A DNA stretch of 64,000 nucleotides from an uncultured Planctomycetaceae bacterium (GTDB lineage: Bacteria; Planctomycetota; Planctomycetia; Pirellulales; PALSA-1355), in the NCBI GenBank assembly GCA_963785305.1, contig CAWAUV010000005.1, positions 224,001 to 288,000 on the forward strand, written 5' to 3'. The notes below the pieces were generated by a model. It did not search any database, had not been told where the DNA came from, and saw only the letters and a list, made by a program, of their open reading frames with translations. The translations under genes were made by a program, and so were the position numbers. This document shows, in pieces, positions 53,746 to 63,792 of the stretch; positions within the stretch are counted from its first letter, which is position 1, and every line of letters starts with the position of its first letter.

Positions 53746-56148
53746 ATGCGAGTATCGGCATCGGTCGACGATTCCTTCGCCCGCGATGCGCCCATCGCCC
53801 GGCGCGTTTCGATTCGCGGCGTGGTCCAGGGCGTGGGCTTTCGGCCTTTTGTCCATCGCGCGGCATGCGAGCATCGGATCGTGGGATGGGTCATCAACGA
53901 CCGCCGCGGTGTCGAGATTCATGCCGAAGGGTCACCCCACGCGGTCGCGGCCTTTATCGAAATCTTGAAGCAAAGCCCGCCGCCCGCCGCGCGCATTGCC
54001 TCGCTTGCCTGCGACGCCGCGCCGCTCGAGGGGTTCGTCGACTTCACGATTCGGGCGAGCGACGATCGTGGCCAGCCCACGGCTCGCGTGTCGCCCGATC
54101 TGGCCGTGTGCGAGGACTGCTTGCGGGAACTGTTCGATCCCAAGGATCGGCGGCAAGGCTACCCCTATTCGAATTGCACGCATTGCGGCCCGCGCTATTC
54201 GATCGTGTGCCGCTTGCCTTATGATCGGGCGAACACGACGCTTGCATCGTGGCCGCTGTGCGACGCCTGTCGCGCGGAATACGAAAATCCACTCGACCGC
54301 CGGTTTCATGCCCAACCCACGGCCTGCGCGGCTTGCGGCCCGGGATATGAACTGGTCGATTTCCAGAACCGGCCCTGGAAGAGCGGGGGTGATGAAACCG
54401 CCGTCGGGCGGATCGAACGGGCCAGTCTCGCGAGCAGCCGCGCGATCGCTCGCGCCGCCGAGCTTTTGCGCGGGGCGCCATCTTGGCGATCAAAGGCGTT
54501 GGTGGTTATCACTTGGCTTGCGACGCCGCCAATCGCGCCGCGATCATCGCGCTGCGAGAGCGCAAATTTCGCAAGGAAAAGCCGTTTGCGCTCATGGCCC
54601 GCGATCTCGCGGCGGCGCGAAGGATCGCGGCGCTCACGGCCGAGCACGAGCGCTTGCTGGTCGATCGGGCCAAGCCGATCGTGCTTGCTCCCTCCCGCGC
54701 AACCGCGGGCCGCGAGATCGTGTTCGACGCGATCTCGCCCGAGACCGACGACCTTGGCGTGATGCTACCCTACGCGCCGCTGCACTATTTGCTCTTCGCG
54801 GCCGGCGCTCCATCCGTGCTGGTGATGACCAGTGGCAATCGCTCCAGCGAACCGATCGCTTTCGACGATCTCGACGCGCGGGAGCGGCTTTCGGGCATCG
54901 CCGACGCCCTGCTTCGTGGCCAGCGACCCATCGCGCGGCGAGTTGAAGATTCGGTCGTCATGGTGCGCGACGGGCAAATGACCCTGGTTCGCCGCGCCCG
55001 GGGCTATGCGCCGGCGGCCGTTTGCCGGCTGGAGTCGGATCGACCCGTCCTCGCGCTCGGCGCCGATTTGAAAAGCGCCGTGGCGCTGGTGATCGATGGC
55101 GAGGCGCTCGTCGGTCCCCACTTGGGCGATTTGGATGATGCCGGCGCCTTCGCGGCCTTCGAACGCTCGGTGGCGGATTTGCTGGCAATGGCCGAACTGC
55201 GGCCCCAGGATTTGGTCGTGGCTCATGACATGCACCCGCAGTATCGCTCGAGTCGCCATGCCCGGGGACTCGCGGCGGCGCGGCTTGTGGCGGTGCAGCA
55301 CCATGAAGCGCATGTGGCGAGTGTGATGGCGGAGCATGGCCTGCTTGATGAGCGAGTGGTGGGGGTGGTATTCGATGGCGCGGGCTATGGCCGCGATGGC
55401 GCGATCTGGGGCGGCGAGTTCTTCGTCGGCAGCGTGAGCCGCGGCCTGGAACGCGTCGCATGGCTGCGGCCGACTCCGATGCCCGGCGGCGACGCCGCGG
55501 CTCGCTTTCCGGCTCAAGCCGCCGCCGGCTTCGTGGCCGATGCGGCCGCGTGCGCCGAATCGTGGCCGAGCGATTTACCATTGGCCGAAGCGATCGCCGG
55601 TCCGCCATTTGGCCTGCCGCGGCGCTTCGCCGACGCGCTGGCGATCGCCCGCAAACGAGTGCGATGTTTCCCCACAAGCTCCGTCGGCCGGCTATTCGAT
55701 GCCGTGGCGGCGCTGTTGGGGTTCACGCGGCCGATCAGTTTCGAAGGGCAAGCCGCGATCTGGCTCGAGCAGCGAGCCCGCGGCATCGGACCACAGTCTT
55801 CGTATCCCTTCTCGGAGCTCGACCCGCGACGGCTCGTGGCGGCCGTGGTTCGCGATCGGATCGCCGGGCGCGACGTCGGCGAAATCGCCGCGGCGTTTCA
55901 TCAAACACTTGCCCGCGGCGCGGCGAATCGCGCGGGATCTTTGTCGAAGCCATGGGACCCGAGTGGTGGCGGTCTCGGGCGGCGTGTGGCAAAACGAGTT
56001 GCTGTGGAGGGCGTTTATGGAGTACTTCGCCGACGATCGAGAGATTTCCATTATTGCGAACCAGAGTGTCCCCTTGGGCGATGGCGGCATCGCCTTGGGT
56101 CAGGCCGCCCTGGCGGCCGCCAGCCTCCGCGCGACCGACACGACATGA
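53746..56148 (+). CDS. hypF: HypF carbamoyltransferase (frameshifts at about 54475 and 55915)
   Basis: GVVQGVGFRPFV, CxxC zinc fingers, RRFHAQP, KGVGGYHL, QHHEAH, SGGVWQN, DGGIALGQ. Confidence 0.95.
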
Positions 56149-56327
56149 TTGCGCTTACACATGTCGAGAAGTGCGAAATGCGTTTGAAAGAGCCAACGTG
56201 AACGACGACGGAGCAAGAGAGGTCGGCTCGACGATCCGCGGCAGAGGCTCGAAATCACCTTTGGTGGTGGTTTTTAACGTGCTCGCGAAGAGGCGGGAGC
56301 ATTCGGCTCGGGTTTTGCAAAACGTGG

Positions 56328-57864
56328 GTAACTGTTAAGCATTTCCTCTTTCCCGAAATTGGGTTTTCGGTCACATTGATTGGATCATGGATGATCGAGA
56401 TCGACGGATCGCCGAGTTGGAAGCGGAAATCGCCCGGTTGCAGGCGGAGAACGGAACGCTGCGCAAGCGCGTCGAGCAACTCGAACAGCAAGTCCAAAAG
56501 TTTTTGCAGCGGCGCAAGAAAACCCGCTCGGCCAGCGATGCGCGGCGTGGCGAACAGGATCGCCGCCGCAAGCAGTTTCGCAAACATCCGGGCAGCTTTC
56601 GTCCAGGGCCGCCGCCCGGCACGGTATTCATCGAACACGATGTGCATCCGCGAGAGTGTCCGCACTGTGGCGGCCGCGATCTGACCGCCACCGGCGAGTT
56701 CGAAGACCATGAGATGGCGGAGATTCCAGAGCCCAAGCTCGAATGGCATCGGTATCGCCGTCATACCTATCGTTGTGAACATTGCCAAGCCACCTGCCAA
56801 GGACGCGGCGACTTGGAACTGCCCGGCGCCCACATCGGGCCACGCGCGCGCTTGTTGGTCTGCTACGCGCGGGTTCACCTGGGCATCTCGCTCGGCAAAA
56901 CGCAACACTTGCTGAAAGACTTCTTTGGTCTTTCGGCCAGCCGGGCCGGATTGCTCGGCCATTTGCGTTGGGGCGGCGCTTTGTTCGAGCCGGTGGTCGA
57001 CAAACTCTGGGAACTCTTGCGCAATTCGCCGGTCGTGCAAGGCGATGAGACCGGCTGGCGGATCGATGGCCAGCCCGTTTGGGCCTGGTGTTTTCGAGAC
57101 ACGCGCTTGGCATTGTTCCTGATCGATCGTCATCGCAATCGGGCCGTGCTCGAGCGAGCGTTGGGCACATCGTTCGCGGGCACGCTGGTCAGCGATTTTT
57201 ATGCGGTCTACAACCGGCTCGACTGCCGCAAACAGCGCTGCTTGGTCCATTTGCTTCGCGAGTTGCACAAGCTGCGCGAGACGTTGCCGGCGGCGAGCGT
57301 GCGGGCCTTCATCCAGCCGTTGATCACGCTGTTTCAAGACGCGATCCGGTTGGGCCACGAGCGCAAGTCGCTCGGCAAAAAAGCTTTCAACGCGGCCCGA
57401 CACGAGATTCAAAACCGTTTCGACACGTTGATGCTCGAGACGCGCGTGCGGCATCGCGAATGTTTGCGAATCTGGCGGCGGCTGTTCAAGCACTCGGACG
57501 AATTGTTCACCTTCCTCGACGATGCGAATGTTCCGGCCGACAACAACGGAACCGAACGCGACATCCGAAGCCTGGCGGCGGCGAGGAATGATGGCGGCAC
57601 GCATCGGACCGAATGGAGCGCGGCGGCGTTCGCCCGAATCAAGAGCGTGATCGCGACCGGCGCGAAAAACGGTTTGAGCTTCGCAAGGTATGGAATCGAA
57701 GTCGTGCGCGCTAAATTGCAAGGCAAGACCCTGCCGCTGCCGATCACCAATAGCAGTTAAAACATCCGCCACGCGACCCATCCCCGGAAACCCCTCGCCC
57801 GCGATCCCCGCCAATATCGCCACCGCCCCCCCGCGCCCAGGCCACGCCACGGCTTAACAGTTAC
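56328..57864 (+). mobile_element. IS66-family element, single-ORF type, full length (1537 bp)
   Basis: 13-bp TIR GTAACTGTTAAGC; no target duplication visible. Confidence 0.9.
56387..57760 (+). CDS. IS66 transposase (TnpC-like)
   Basis: Coiled-coil N-terminus, CPHCG zinc finger, DETGW, LVSDFY, QRCLVHLLR, NNGTERDIR. Confidence 0.95.
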   Translation: MDDRDRRIAELEAEIARLQAENGTLRKRVEQLEQQVQKFLQRRKKTRSASDARRGEQDRRRKQFRKHPGSFRPGPPPGTVFIEHDVHPRECPHCGGRDLTATGEFEDHEMAEIPEPKLEWHRYRRHTYRCEHCQATCQGRGDLELPGAHIGPRARLLVCYARVHLGISLGKTQHLLKDFFGLSASRAGLLGHLRWGGALFEPVVDKLWELLRNSPVVQGDETGWRIDGQPVWAWCFRDTRLALFLIDRHRNRAVLERALGTSFAGTLVSDFYAVYNRLDCRKQRCLVHLLRELHKLRETLPAASVRAFIQPLITLFQDAIRLGHERKSLGKKAFNAARHEIQNRFDTLMLETRVRHRECLRIWRRLFKHSDELFTFLDDANVPADNNGTERDIRSLAAARNDGGTHRTEWSAAAFARIKSVIATGAKNGLSFARYGIEVVRAKLQGKTLPLPITNSS

Positions 57865-58160
57865 ATTTCAACGATCTCATCGAATCCATGCGGCTTTATA
57901 GTTTCGGAAACTAGACATGACAAATACGTAACACAAAGCATCACCACAAATAAACGATAAACGATTGAACCGACCCCCAATACGCCCCAGCATCCTATCA
58001 ATGCGATCTGTGCGTAGGTTATCCCATCTGCGACAAAGTCTTCGTCGCTGCCGGTGCAATCGGCGATCCGAACAACCACAAGACTTCCCAGGACGTGGAT
58101 TGTCGCAAGGCCGGCCATGACCACACAAGGCTTGGAGCACGAATGTAAAAACGACGTATT
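57865..58160 (-). pseudogene. Putative membrane immunity gene truncated by IS66
   Basis: AT-rich hydrophobic frame (AQIALIGCWGVLG) running into the IS end; start uncertain. Confidence 0.5.
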
Positions 58161-58397
58161 GCGTCGCTGCGTTTCATATGATTCGTCTGATTGTCGACTT
58201 TCGCCGACTACGATTCGCCGATGCATTGTACGTACGCCGCTTTCTACAAAACGACCAAGTTGTACGCGTCTGCAATGCATACAACATGTACTAGCATCGA
58301 TTGTTGTTGCATCTCAAACCGCACGTGTGAGGATGCCGTAAAGTGTTACGAATAAGCAATGCGCAAGCTGCTGATGGGCTACATCGAAGTGGCCTGA

Positions 58398-61300
58398 TTA
58401 TGCGCACGTGCCTTTGCATGTGCAATCGACGAGGTACCACAATGAAATATATAGCGAGTGTTCTCTGCACATATATGTGCATTCGCATGGGTCGCAATGA
58501 CCGGAGCGGGCCTCATCGTAGTAATGTTCCCAAATAGAATAGCCGCACCAATACCACACTACTTGCTTGACGTAATACGTGCATGAGCATGGCCTTTCCC
58601 ATACATATGTGTTGCCTCTATCGGCGCGCTTGCAATATGGCATTCCGTCCACCGTGTGTGGGGGATTGTCGTTCGGTGGCGAAACCTTAGATGTCGTGCC
58701 GTTCGGGTCGGTGTTTTTGGCGATAGCGTTTCCTAGGTATCGATACAGATTCCGGTCTCCACCATCATACCCGATCGGATCTCGCGTGATCCAAACGCCG
58801 TGCGCCGGATTCAAATATCGATTCCGCGCCAGATACAGCCCCGTTTCGACGTCCCAGCGGTAGCCGCAGTAGAGGGTTTCCCAGGCGTACGCGGAGCCGC
58901 TAGCGCGAACCGTGAAGTCGGGATTCAGGAATGTCGGCAAGCCATAGGCGGTGTACTGGTAGCGTTCTTCGACGGCGCCGGATGTATTGACGATCGCCGT
59001 GACGTTCCAGTTCGCGTCTTGCAGAGCGTAAAGCCTTTCCGTCGAGCGGTCGCGCAAGACCAGATCGTCGATGTAGCGTTGGCCCCACACGAATTGACGA
59101 TCGGCGGTCGTCGCGCCGCCGACGCGTTCTTCGAGGACTTGCCACATGTTCGAGTAGTACAAGTCGCGCACGATGCCGGCGACCAGTTTGGTTGTGCGGC
59201 GATTGAGGCCGTCATAGCTGTAGGCGGCCACGCCGGCGAGCGAGATCAAGCGGTTCCAGGCGTCATAGGTTGCGGCGAAAGAGCTTGCGGGCGATGCCGG
59301 TTGTGGAATTGCGGTCATGGCGCCGGTCGGACTGTAACTCGGCTGCGCCCATGCGGCGCCGTAGCGCTGGGCAATGCCCATGATCTCGTTGACTGGATTC
59401 GACACGCGCTGCTGGTCGAGGTTATTCGCGGAAGTCACGACATCCGTGTTGACGAAATTCGACCAGTTGCCCGTTGCGTCCAGGCCCCATTGCTGGGCAA
59501 GAGTCATGTTCGCGATGGACTGGTTATTATTCGTGAGGGCGCCGCGGCTCATGTCGGTGAGGCGCTGCATGCCGTCGTAGCTATACAGCTCATCGAACTT
59601 GGCGCCAAGCGAATCAGCCACGACGTTTTGCCGCCAGACGCGGTTGCTCGATTGGTCGTAGCCGTATTGGATTTGATCGAGCGTGGCGGTGGGCGTGGTC
59701 CAGGGGTTATTAATAACACGGCCAAACTGGTCGAGGCCGAGATAGGGATTCGTGCCGAAGCCGGAGCCGCCGGCTAGCGACCAGGTGACGTCCGGCTGCG
59801 GATACGTTAGATCGACGAATGTCGAGAGGCCGAGGTAGGTGTACTCGACGAGCGTCGTGCTGTCGGAATCGCGGTAGTTGGTGATGCGGGATAACGCATC
59901 GTCGTTGCCGCTCGCGTAATTGTACGAAACGACGCGAGGCGTCGAGCCGCTGATCGCGCCGGGATAGGTGATCGCCGTGAGGCGCGTCGTGTTGGCGCTG
60001 CCGTCGGCGAAGGCGTATTGCACATTGGCCGACGTGGCGGTGTTCACGGCGGCGCCATGCTGCTGGTACTGCGTGACGAGTTGCTGAAAGCCATTGTAGG
60101 CGTTTTGGACTTGATTGACCACCGTCGTCGCGCCGATGTCGGCGTAGCTCGTGATTTGGAAGACCAATCCGCGGATTTCGTAGGCGGTGCTGATCCGCTG
60201 CACGCTCGAATCGACGCTCGCGCCGAGCGTCGTAATGATGTCGTCCGTGGGGCGGCCGAGCAGGTCGAACAGGTACTCATGCACCGTGCCGTTTTGGTCC
60301 GTCTTGCCGGTGACTTGCTTTTGTCGATTGAAGGTTTGCGTGACTTGGTCGGAGCCGGACAAGCTATCGGGATAGATCGTGGCGCTAAGCAATTCGTTAC
60401 TGGCGATCGAGGAATCGGTCAAGGTCGTGCCGTAAACGAACTGCGTCGTTTGGTTGCCGGTGGTTGGATTCACCGCCGTCAAGGCGATCATGTTGCCGTC
60501 GGCGTTGTAGGCGAACTGGACCGTGACGTCGGTGGCGTTGCCGGGGCAGCCGCCGGTGTAGTTGCTCACCGTGCTGAGCGGCTTGTGCAAGGCGTTGAAT
60601 GTTTGCAGCGTGATGATGCCGGCGGGATCGGTGGTTTGATTGAGATTGCCGGCGTTGTCGTAGGCGAAGCTCCTGACCAAGACGGTTGGCGAGGAAGCTG
60701 GCGGCGTGGCGGGGGCGGTGAAGGCGGCGTTGCCATTCGTGCCGTAGTTGGCCGAGGCCGCCATGCGGCCAATGCCGTCGGGGAAGTTCGCGACATAACT
60801 TACGCGGGCCAAGGGCTGCGTTCCGCTATACGGTGGATTCAAGACGCCCGAGCTGGTGGCGCTGTCGAACTGCTGGTACGAATCGACTTCGATCACGTTG
60901 TTCGCGTCGTCGTACGTGGTCAGCGTCTGCTCGAAGATGATGTTTTGGCTCGTGACTTGGCCGACGTCGCTGTAAGGCTCCGTTCCCGAGCCGGTGTAAT
61001 AACCTTGATACGACGCCGTGACTCGGGCTTGGCTATCGTATACCTGCTTGGTGAATGTCTGGGCTCCTGCCGGCAAAGTCTTGATGATGTTGCTCGCCAG
61101 ATCGTACCAAGTATTGTCGACGAGCGAGTTGCCCAAGGCGCCGGTGTTCGGGTCCACCGAATAGACTTGCGTTTGATAGACCCGATTGCGGTCGTCCCAG
61201 AAGGTGAGCGTTCGCGCGAGAAGCTGACCGTTCGCGGTGGTGTTGAGGCGGTCGACTTGGATGATCCGATCGAGATTGTCGTAGGTCGTCTCCAGATAGT

Positions 61301-61480
61301 ATTCGAGCTCGCCGTCGATGCCGATTTGCCTATCTCGGAAGTCGTAGATGTAGCTGGTCACGCGGTCGTTCTCGCCGGTGGCGTCGACGAACGCGGTCTT
61401 TTCGGTGAGGTTGCCGTCGCCGCCCGACGAACCGCCGTCGTATACGTTGCCGGTGACTTGGACCATGTTGTTCCCCGAAC
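58398..61480 (-). pseudogene. Large Rhs (family A) protein, 5'-truncated at site D, with Cys-rich tip (58398-58694)
   Basis: About 1030 codons of YD repeats; LYLARNRYLNP..GVWITRDPIG...NTDPNGT; the frame begins abruptly at the site. Confidence 0.9.
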
Positions 61481-61508
61481 AATCCAAAGGGGTCAGGAGT
61501 CATTGATT
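61481..61508 (+). repeat. 28-bp site D (intron-free)
   Basis: GAAC|AATCCAAAGGGGTCAGGAGTCATTGATT. Confidence 0.95.
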
Positions 61509-61530
61509 TAACTGATAACCGGTGTTTGAC

Positions 61531-63058
61531 TCGCGAGCAGACAGCGTTTTATCTTCGACGACCCGGCGGACAGCGGCTCCGCTGGCGGTGGCCAGGCCGT
61601 CTTGCAGTTCCAAACCACCGGCGATGGCGCGAGCGCTCCCACGCCGACCGCGGCGAACCTCACCGATCGTTATTTGTGGGGACCCGCGGTCGATCAGCTT
61701 TTGGCCGACGAGCAAGTCACCGACCCGAGCACGCCCGGCAACATCTTGTGGACACTCGACGACGGCCAAAACACGGTCCGCGACACGGTCGATTCAAGCG
61801 GCGCGATTCAAGACCACATCACTACAACGCCTTCGGCCAACCGGTCAGCCACACGGCCCTCGATCCCGCGGCGGTCGACGTCGCCTTCGGCTACGACGGC
61901 CTGTTCACCGACGCCACCACCGGCGACGACTTCGCCGTGAATCGGGTGTACGATCCATCGAGCGGGACCTGGAACACGCCGGATCCGGCGCAAGCGGATG
62001 TCAACACCTACCGCGCGTTCGGCAACAGCCCGACGAACGAGGTCGATCCCGAAGGGCTGGAACCCTACGCGAACGCTCCGAGTCGCGAGGAGCGGTTCAA
62101 CGCGGAATGGGAACGAATCGGGCGCGAGTATTTATCGATCCTCACGCCGGGCGAATTCGGCGAGCAGCAAGCGAAGGAACTGACCGACTACATTAATCAA
62201 TCGCTTGATTTCGAGGCAAAATTCACCACTTGGTTCAATTCGCTGCCGCCCGCGGAACGATACAGCACTGATCCGTCACCGAGCGTGCTTAGCTTGGCGC
62301 CGACCGCGCCGGCGTTTTTGCAAGGCGCGATGAAGAAGGCGGCGGATTACAAGGCGTTTTTGAGCACTCAGCCCTCGATCGTCGCGGTTTCGCCCGATGA
62401 GGCCGACGCCGGCTTCGTTCGGGCCTATGAAAACAATCCGAATACGGTGTATGTTAAAGGCGGGAATGCTGCGGCGGAGTATGGAAAATCGATCGCGCGG
62501 ATGGGGATGCGTCGCGACGCGAACGTGTTGGCATCGCAAGGCGCGGTTGTCGGCACGATGGCGTTGATGCTCGACCCCACCCGATCAGGCCGCGGCAACC
62601 TTGACGACGCGCTGATAATGGCATCGGGCTTCGCGAAAGGGACGATCCCCGCCTTTGATCCGCTCGTCGGTCCGGAGACACCAAATAAACTCGCCAGCCC
62701 AGGTGTAAACGCGGCGGAGGGGAATGCTCCAAAGAGTGGACCTGTCGCAGGTGGCGGCGCGAGCCTTGAACGTGGCCTTGGAAACATGTCGGCAGCGGAA
62801 ATTTCGCGAATTCAAAACGCAGCGAATCGCATTGATAAGCCCATAAGCGTCGTTGGAAGCCGCTCGGGCGGTGCGAAACTTCCACGGCCGGACTCCGACT
62901 GGGATTTCGTGATCGAAGCGAATAACAAAGTGAGAGCTAGCGCGTCTCGGTCGCTTCCGGGAGCAAAATCTGTAACAAATAACCTTGACTGGAACCAAGA
63001 CGTTTTCAAGGGGCCGCTCGATCCCGCCCACCCACACATAACGTTCTTCCCGGAGTAG
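61531..63058 (+). pseudogene. Orphan Rhs (family B) fragment + conserved domain + variable tip 2 (62733-63058, nucleotidyltransferase-like)
   Basis: Near-identical to 49328-50537 up to ...GVNAAEGNAP; the tip contains VVGSR...PDSDWDFVI. Confidence 0.9.
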
Positions 63059-63061
63059 ACG

Positions 63062-63337
63062 ATGCGAGAAACGACAGTCGAATTATTGAACGACGAGGGT
63101 AATGGTGCGGTCCTTAAATTGCCGGGTCGCGCATTTCCTGGGATACTGATTCAAGGCGACACGCTTCAGATTCTGATCGACGACTTAGAGGAACTGCTCG
63201 ATTTGCTTGGCGCTGAGGCACTAGAGGAACCGCGTGAATCACTTGATGGCATTATTGAGCGTCTCAAAGGATATCGAACTCGCTACGTTGAGGCGCTGAA
63301 AAACCACGGGATTTCTGTGCCGTTTTCGAGCCGTTAG
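63062..63337 (+). CDS. Putative immunity protein (resembles DUF6959)
   Basis: 91 aa, 3 nt after the toxin stop; AVLKLPGRAFPGILIQGDTL. Family assigned from memory, not by search. Confidence 0.65.
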   Translation: MRETTVELLNDEGNGAVLKLPGRAFPGILIQGDTLQILIDDLEELLDLLGAEALEEPRESLDGIIERLKGYRTRYVEALKNHGISVPFSSR

Positions 63338-63616
63338 CTTTTAACTCCAAAACCTGCAAGACGCTGGGCTCTGGCGCGCCCGGCGCGAGTGGTGAATTGC
63401 GAGATTGTGGTGGGTCTTGCGATGACACGTGGGATCCCAGACATCCACGTTGTCGCTGGCCGCGTTCTGCTCAGCAACGCGGGGGCCTACGATCGGCGGG
63501 GCGCTCACCGACGCAGGCATCTACGCTAAATGAAGCGTTCAGCGGGCGTTACATCGCCGCCAAGCGTCGCTAGCGGAATTTCGTCGCCACTCGAATTTCT
63601 GGATGTCTGGGATCGG

Positions 63617-63775
63617 CTCCTGACACGGACGTCGGCTGGGTCGACAATGAAGTCACCGGCGAGGAACTGAGCGCCAACTCGTACTCGGAGGTCAGCGTCT
63701 CGTCGCAGGACGGCACGGTCACGACGGCGCCGGATTCCGGCTCCTATTCGGCGGAAATCGACGTCTCGAACGAAC
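63617..63775 (+). pseudogene. Coding-like fragment (Ser/Thr/acidic) cut at site E
   Basis: Frame APDTDVGWVDNEVTGEELSANSYSEVSVSSQDGTVTTAPDSGSYSAEIDVSNE, with host-like codon usage, ends at GAAC|site. Confidence 0.4.
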
Positions 63776-63792
63776 AATCCAAAGGGGTCAGG
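63776..63792 (+). repeat. 28-bp site E, 5' half (intron 3 inserted)
   Basis: GAAC|AATCCAAAGGGGTCAGG^GTGCG. Confidence 0.9.

Noticed and set aside
1921..56148. Many frameshifted genes (hisA, rbsK, hypF, imuB, S46 peptidase, dapA-like and others) as mass pseudogenisation or programmed frameshifting
   Set aside because: They are isolated 1-bp indels in GC runs, spread evenly and hitting housekeeping genes such as hisA. This pattern fits long-read consensus error; read polishing would decide.
41463..56327. Simple inversion or composite transposon between the two inverted IS66 copies
   Set aside because: The 8-bp flanks do not pair in either configuration.
57765..57850. C-rich/G-rich skewed tract near the IS66 right end as a separate element
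   Set aside because: It is present in both IS copies as part of the IS, and nothing supports an independent function.
61481..61508. 28-bp site as a dif/pdif (XerCD) site or integron attC
   Set aside because: The length fits 11-6-11, but there is no XerD-arm consensus (TTATGTTAAAT) and no RYYYAAC...GTTRRRY box pair. No integrase is present, and junctions map to the outer edge rather than the centre. Not fully excluded without a genome-wide survey.
17395..61511. Long antisense or overlapping ORFs (e.g. 17395-18711 +, 32088-33851 +, 56255-57850 -, 60018-61511 +)
   Set aside because: Shadow frames of well-supported genes on the opposite strand, as expected in high-GC DNA.
63614..63628. GGCTCCTGACAC as a sixth, degenerate cassette site
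   Set aside because: Only CTCCTGAC matches and both AATC/GATT arms are missing; could be chance.
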